Shown: positions 36,403 to 39,753 of the stretch, piece by piece
Layout: the number at the start of each line of letters is the position of its first letter
Numbering within the stretch: the first letter of the stretch is position 1
DNA from: Octopus bimaculoides
Taxonomy: Eukaryota
Direction of reading: 5' to 3'
DNA length: 39,753 nucleotides
Assembly (NCBI RefSeq): GCF_001194135.2
Contig: NC_068993.1
Coordinates: 30,715,417-30,755,169 of the forward strand
The notes under the pieces: model-generated
Database searches by the model: none
Told to the model about the DNA's origin: nothing
The model's input: the letters and a program-made list of their open reading frames with translations, nothing else
Program-made: the position numbers and the translations under genes

Positions 36403-38160
36403 AAGCAAGGATAAAAATCACGTTAACAGAGGGATTTTGTGGAGAGATTCGAAAATTTGCGGTATATAAAACACTTTGCGTCGAAAAGTAAAGAAATGAA
36501 ACTGTTGCGAAATGAACCAGCATTACTCGAGATTTCGTACCCTTACTACAGAAAAGCAACTGTAGAAACAGATAACGGGGCTGGGGACTAAATTTACATA
36601 AGGTCACATTCTACAGTCTTTAAATTGAATATCATATCGTATAGTGTACTACTTGATTCATTGTCTGAAAATATGGTGGAACGATCACGACAAGAATAAA
36701 ATTGAACAGAATAATAGGCCTGTTTAGTTAATGCTAAGAAAACTGAAGTATGTTAAAACTTAAATTATAGAGAAGACAATAAAACTGAAGATATCTAGTT
36801 TCACCTTACGAATGCATCTGATTTGGAAGCGTAAAACAATTAACTCTGTTATTTATATTACGTTATATAAAATTGGATTCATAAACGTTTGTTTTTTTTA
36901 ATGTTGAAACTTTGATCGTACTATATTACTCACTTTTATACAGATTTCAGCTATTTGGTTGTGACCAGGCGAAGACAAGAAAATGGAGTCTTGTGCTGCC
37001 GAATTTGTGTACGGAAGTGATGTAAGAAGAGAGGGACTGATTTAAACTTAGGGCGAATATTTGTTTGGAACTTACTGCTTCCCCTTCAGGCTGTCTATTT
37101 TATATCATTGTCTTATCATATCAGTTTCCTTCACTAATTAAGAAATTGGATCAATAATCCGATTTATCTCATATGACCGACAGTAATTACGTATTTTGTC
37201 GAGCGTTTCAAAATATTTGAATTCTTGCCAATTTATCGAATCTTCTGTAGCGGCTGTTTACTGATTCATAAACTCACAGTGGACATCTGCAAGTAACGTT
37301 ATATCATCGACCTTACCAACAAGAGACTCGGATACGAATTTGATGCATAAATCTATGACTATCACAGACGAAAAGAATTTAATCAGTGACTTGTCCATGA
37401 ATATTTTAGGAAATTAACTGTTAGAACAGTTAACTTGTTTGGAGGCATTTGGGGGCAGATGTCAGGATATGCTGTAAGTAAAATGAATGATATCGTCGTA
37501 GTGATAGGTACGTCTCTTGAGAGAAAATATCATGATGGGCTCATATTCGCATTTTAAATCGCTTTAAAATTTATTAACATTTCAGCAGTGAAGTGTAGGA
37601 GATAACATTTGACTTCCTGCATTTGGCTTCCTACCTGACAGGGTCAATTAAATAATTTCTGGTCAAACACTGAATTTGACAGAACAAACTATAAAGTTTC
37701 CACCAAATGTAGTTTCATGCCAGGTAACGGAGAATACAAAAAAAATGATAGGATGCCGGAAACTATAGAGTACAAAATTATATACGTCGTAGAATATAAC
37801 AGCATCTCGTAATTTCCTAATCTGGCAGGATGAAATCCACTCACTCCATTCTGATACAGAATTTGTTATGCTTAGCCTATAATCGAAACAATCTACTGTA
37901 CACTTCCCAAATGAGACGTATATCACACTAGACAGTATGCCATTTAAAAAGTATTTTGAATTTAAATCGCCCCGGAACTATGAAAAATATGGTTCGAATA
38001 GTTCAATAAATAATCAATAAAATGATCTATAAAAAAATTCTGAGAACTGCCTACAACTGTAATAGTTTCACCCACACCATTTATACTCTTGGGAAATCTA
38101 TAATCACGAAAATATCTTATTTTTCTCCATTATAAATGTGAGGATTTAATCTTTTTTTTA

Positions 38161-38217
38161 TTCTTTTACTCTTTTACTTGTTTCAGTTATTTGACTGCGG
38201 CCGCGCTGGAGTACCGC
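38161..38217 (-). mobile_element. Isolated SINE 3' tail
   Basis: Reverse complement GCGGTACTCCAGCGCGGCCGCAGTCAAATAACTGAAACAAGTAAAAGAGTAAAAGAA. Confidence 0.65.
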
Positions 38218-38999
38218 AGTCAACAAACTTAATGCTTATTTTTGTTTTTTTTGTCGGCGTTATAGAATAAGTGGAATATTCCAAATATCCACAATGTGAT
38301 GTCAATCATTAGTTAAAACTGATGAGCATAAGGCATTTCTATTTAGTGAGCAAACGATCAAATTAAGTCGACAATGCTATGCTAACTCAAATAAACTTCA
38401 TTTTCGTTTCACTATTAATACACTTGACAAAAGCGTGAATATCACGAATTCCATTTCATGCGTGTCCTACTGGTCAATGACATTATTCTTTGACCAGTAC
38501 AATCAGTTTTCACACACATTAACTATAAGAGGAATTTCTCTTCCGCGACAGTTACTGCAACAGTTACTGCGGTGAAAGCATTGCCACGTTTGAGTGTGCA
38601 CAAGCGTGTTAAATTTAACTGTGCACATCTTTATTTTAATCGTCGCTGTTTAGTGTGATTTTAATTAATTGGTATTTTGCTATTTAAATGTCAGTAATGT
38701 GATCGATGTAATCGACTAGCCCATTCCAAATTTCTGGCCTTGTGTTTATAAAAAAATGTAATCTGGTAGACTGAAATGAGAAAAAAAAATCCAAATCATG
38801 TGATCTAATAAATGCACATCTGGCTGTTACAGGGGGGTAATTTTAATATTGTTGATTAATTGGAGGCAGTGATGTTGGCATAACGACCGTGATAATGTAG
38901 ACATAAGTTATAAAATGATTTATATTTGAATTAGAAGACAAATACATGTACTGCATGTTTTCAAAAGTTGAAAGAATAAATGCGCTTTAGGCACATGCC

Positions 39000-39520
39000 A
39001 AACTGCATTAGAAACAAAATTGAAGAGATTTATTGTAGTGAAGGAAAAAGAAACAATTCTTTGGCTGAAAAGAGCAATAGCACAATGAGAAGTAGCATTT
39101 TAATAGATGAGACAAATCCACGAAACAACATATATAGACCAAGTGTAAACATAATACTGAAATAGAGGTCCATAAATGCAAGAACCGCTATTTCAACCAG
39201 ATGAAAGCACCACAAAACTATGCAATTGCATTTGGAAAATCAAATTAGCCAAATTTTGTCTGAACTAGAAAATGAAATACTTATACAAACAGAATAAGAT
39301 GCTTCTAAAAAAATTCTCCGAAACAATCTGAAATGATAAACGAATTATTTAAAAGATTAGATCCAATTATAAATACAGATATTTCACGAAATATCTTTCA
39401 TAAAAGTGAGAAAATACCCGATACACGAAGAGATTATAGTGAATGTACAACTACGCTGACACGTAATATGCTGACACATAAATTTGCTCTGCAGTCAACC
39501 ACATTGACTTACAAAATTAC
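39000..39520 (+). pseudogene. Possible old RTE/LINE reverse-transcriptase N-terminal remnant
   Basis: KNSPKQSEMINELFKRLDPII...FHKSEKIPD resembles the LINE pattern 'K(A/S)PG.D.I..EL.K...W....IP.DW'. Downstream motifs are not recognisable. Confidence 0.35.
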
Positions 39521-39707
39521 ATGTCTGCAGGAGATAACTGAACTGATGTTAAATCATTCTATATCCTATCAATTGTGCACATGCCTAACCGGAAGTAGTC
39601 ATCGTATGAACTCAAAACGGAGAATCCACATATTCAGAAATTGCAGTATGGAAATTTCAATGGACATAAAAGTTAGCTGTAGATCAGTAATCATTTGCAA
39701 TTACTAT

Positions 39708-39753
<46 letters not shown>

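Noticed and set aside
37200-37420. Minus-strand 'KVDDITLLA' as an RT YADD motif
   Set aside because: The upstream PQGS motif and other RT motifs are absent.
37663-37926. 'WSEWISSC' as a thrombospondin type 1 repeat
   Set aside because: It lacks the following CS.TCG and R.R pattern.
38319-38360. CTGATGAG as a hammerhead core
   Set aside because: There is no GAAA after a stem II (the sequence reads GCAAAC) and no flanking stems.

Overview
AT-rich eukaryotic non-coding DNA with six assembly gaps and dense (TA)n/(CA)n/(GA)n/(GATA)n microsatellites. From my recollection of its SINE and repeat families it is most likely an octopus/coleoid genome (inference, no search run). I can support no host protein-coding exon; most short ORFs are microsatellite or gap artefacts. 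The window is a graveyard of decayed transposable elements: Penelope-like (GIY-YIG) fragments, four Tc1/mariner elements plus a mariner MITE, an internally deleted Ty3/Gypsy element, three R4/Dong-like REL retrotransposon pieces with a (TAA)n-flanked non-autonomous element, tRNA-derived SINEs and two fold-back elements. The most notable feature is a ~580-bp element (4811-5391). It carries a type I hammerhead ribozyme fold, and its direct repeat starts exactly at the predicted self-cleavage site, which is the architecture of a retrozyme or Penelope pseudo-LTR element.
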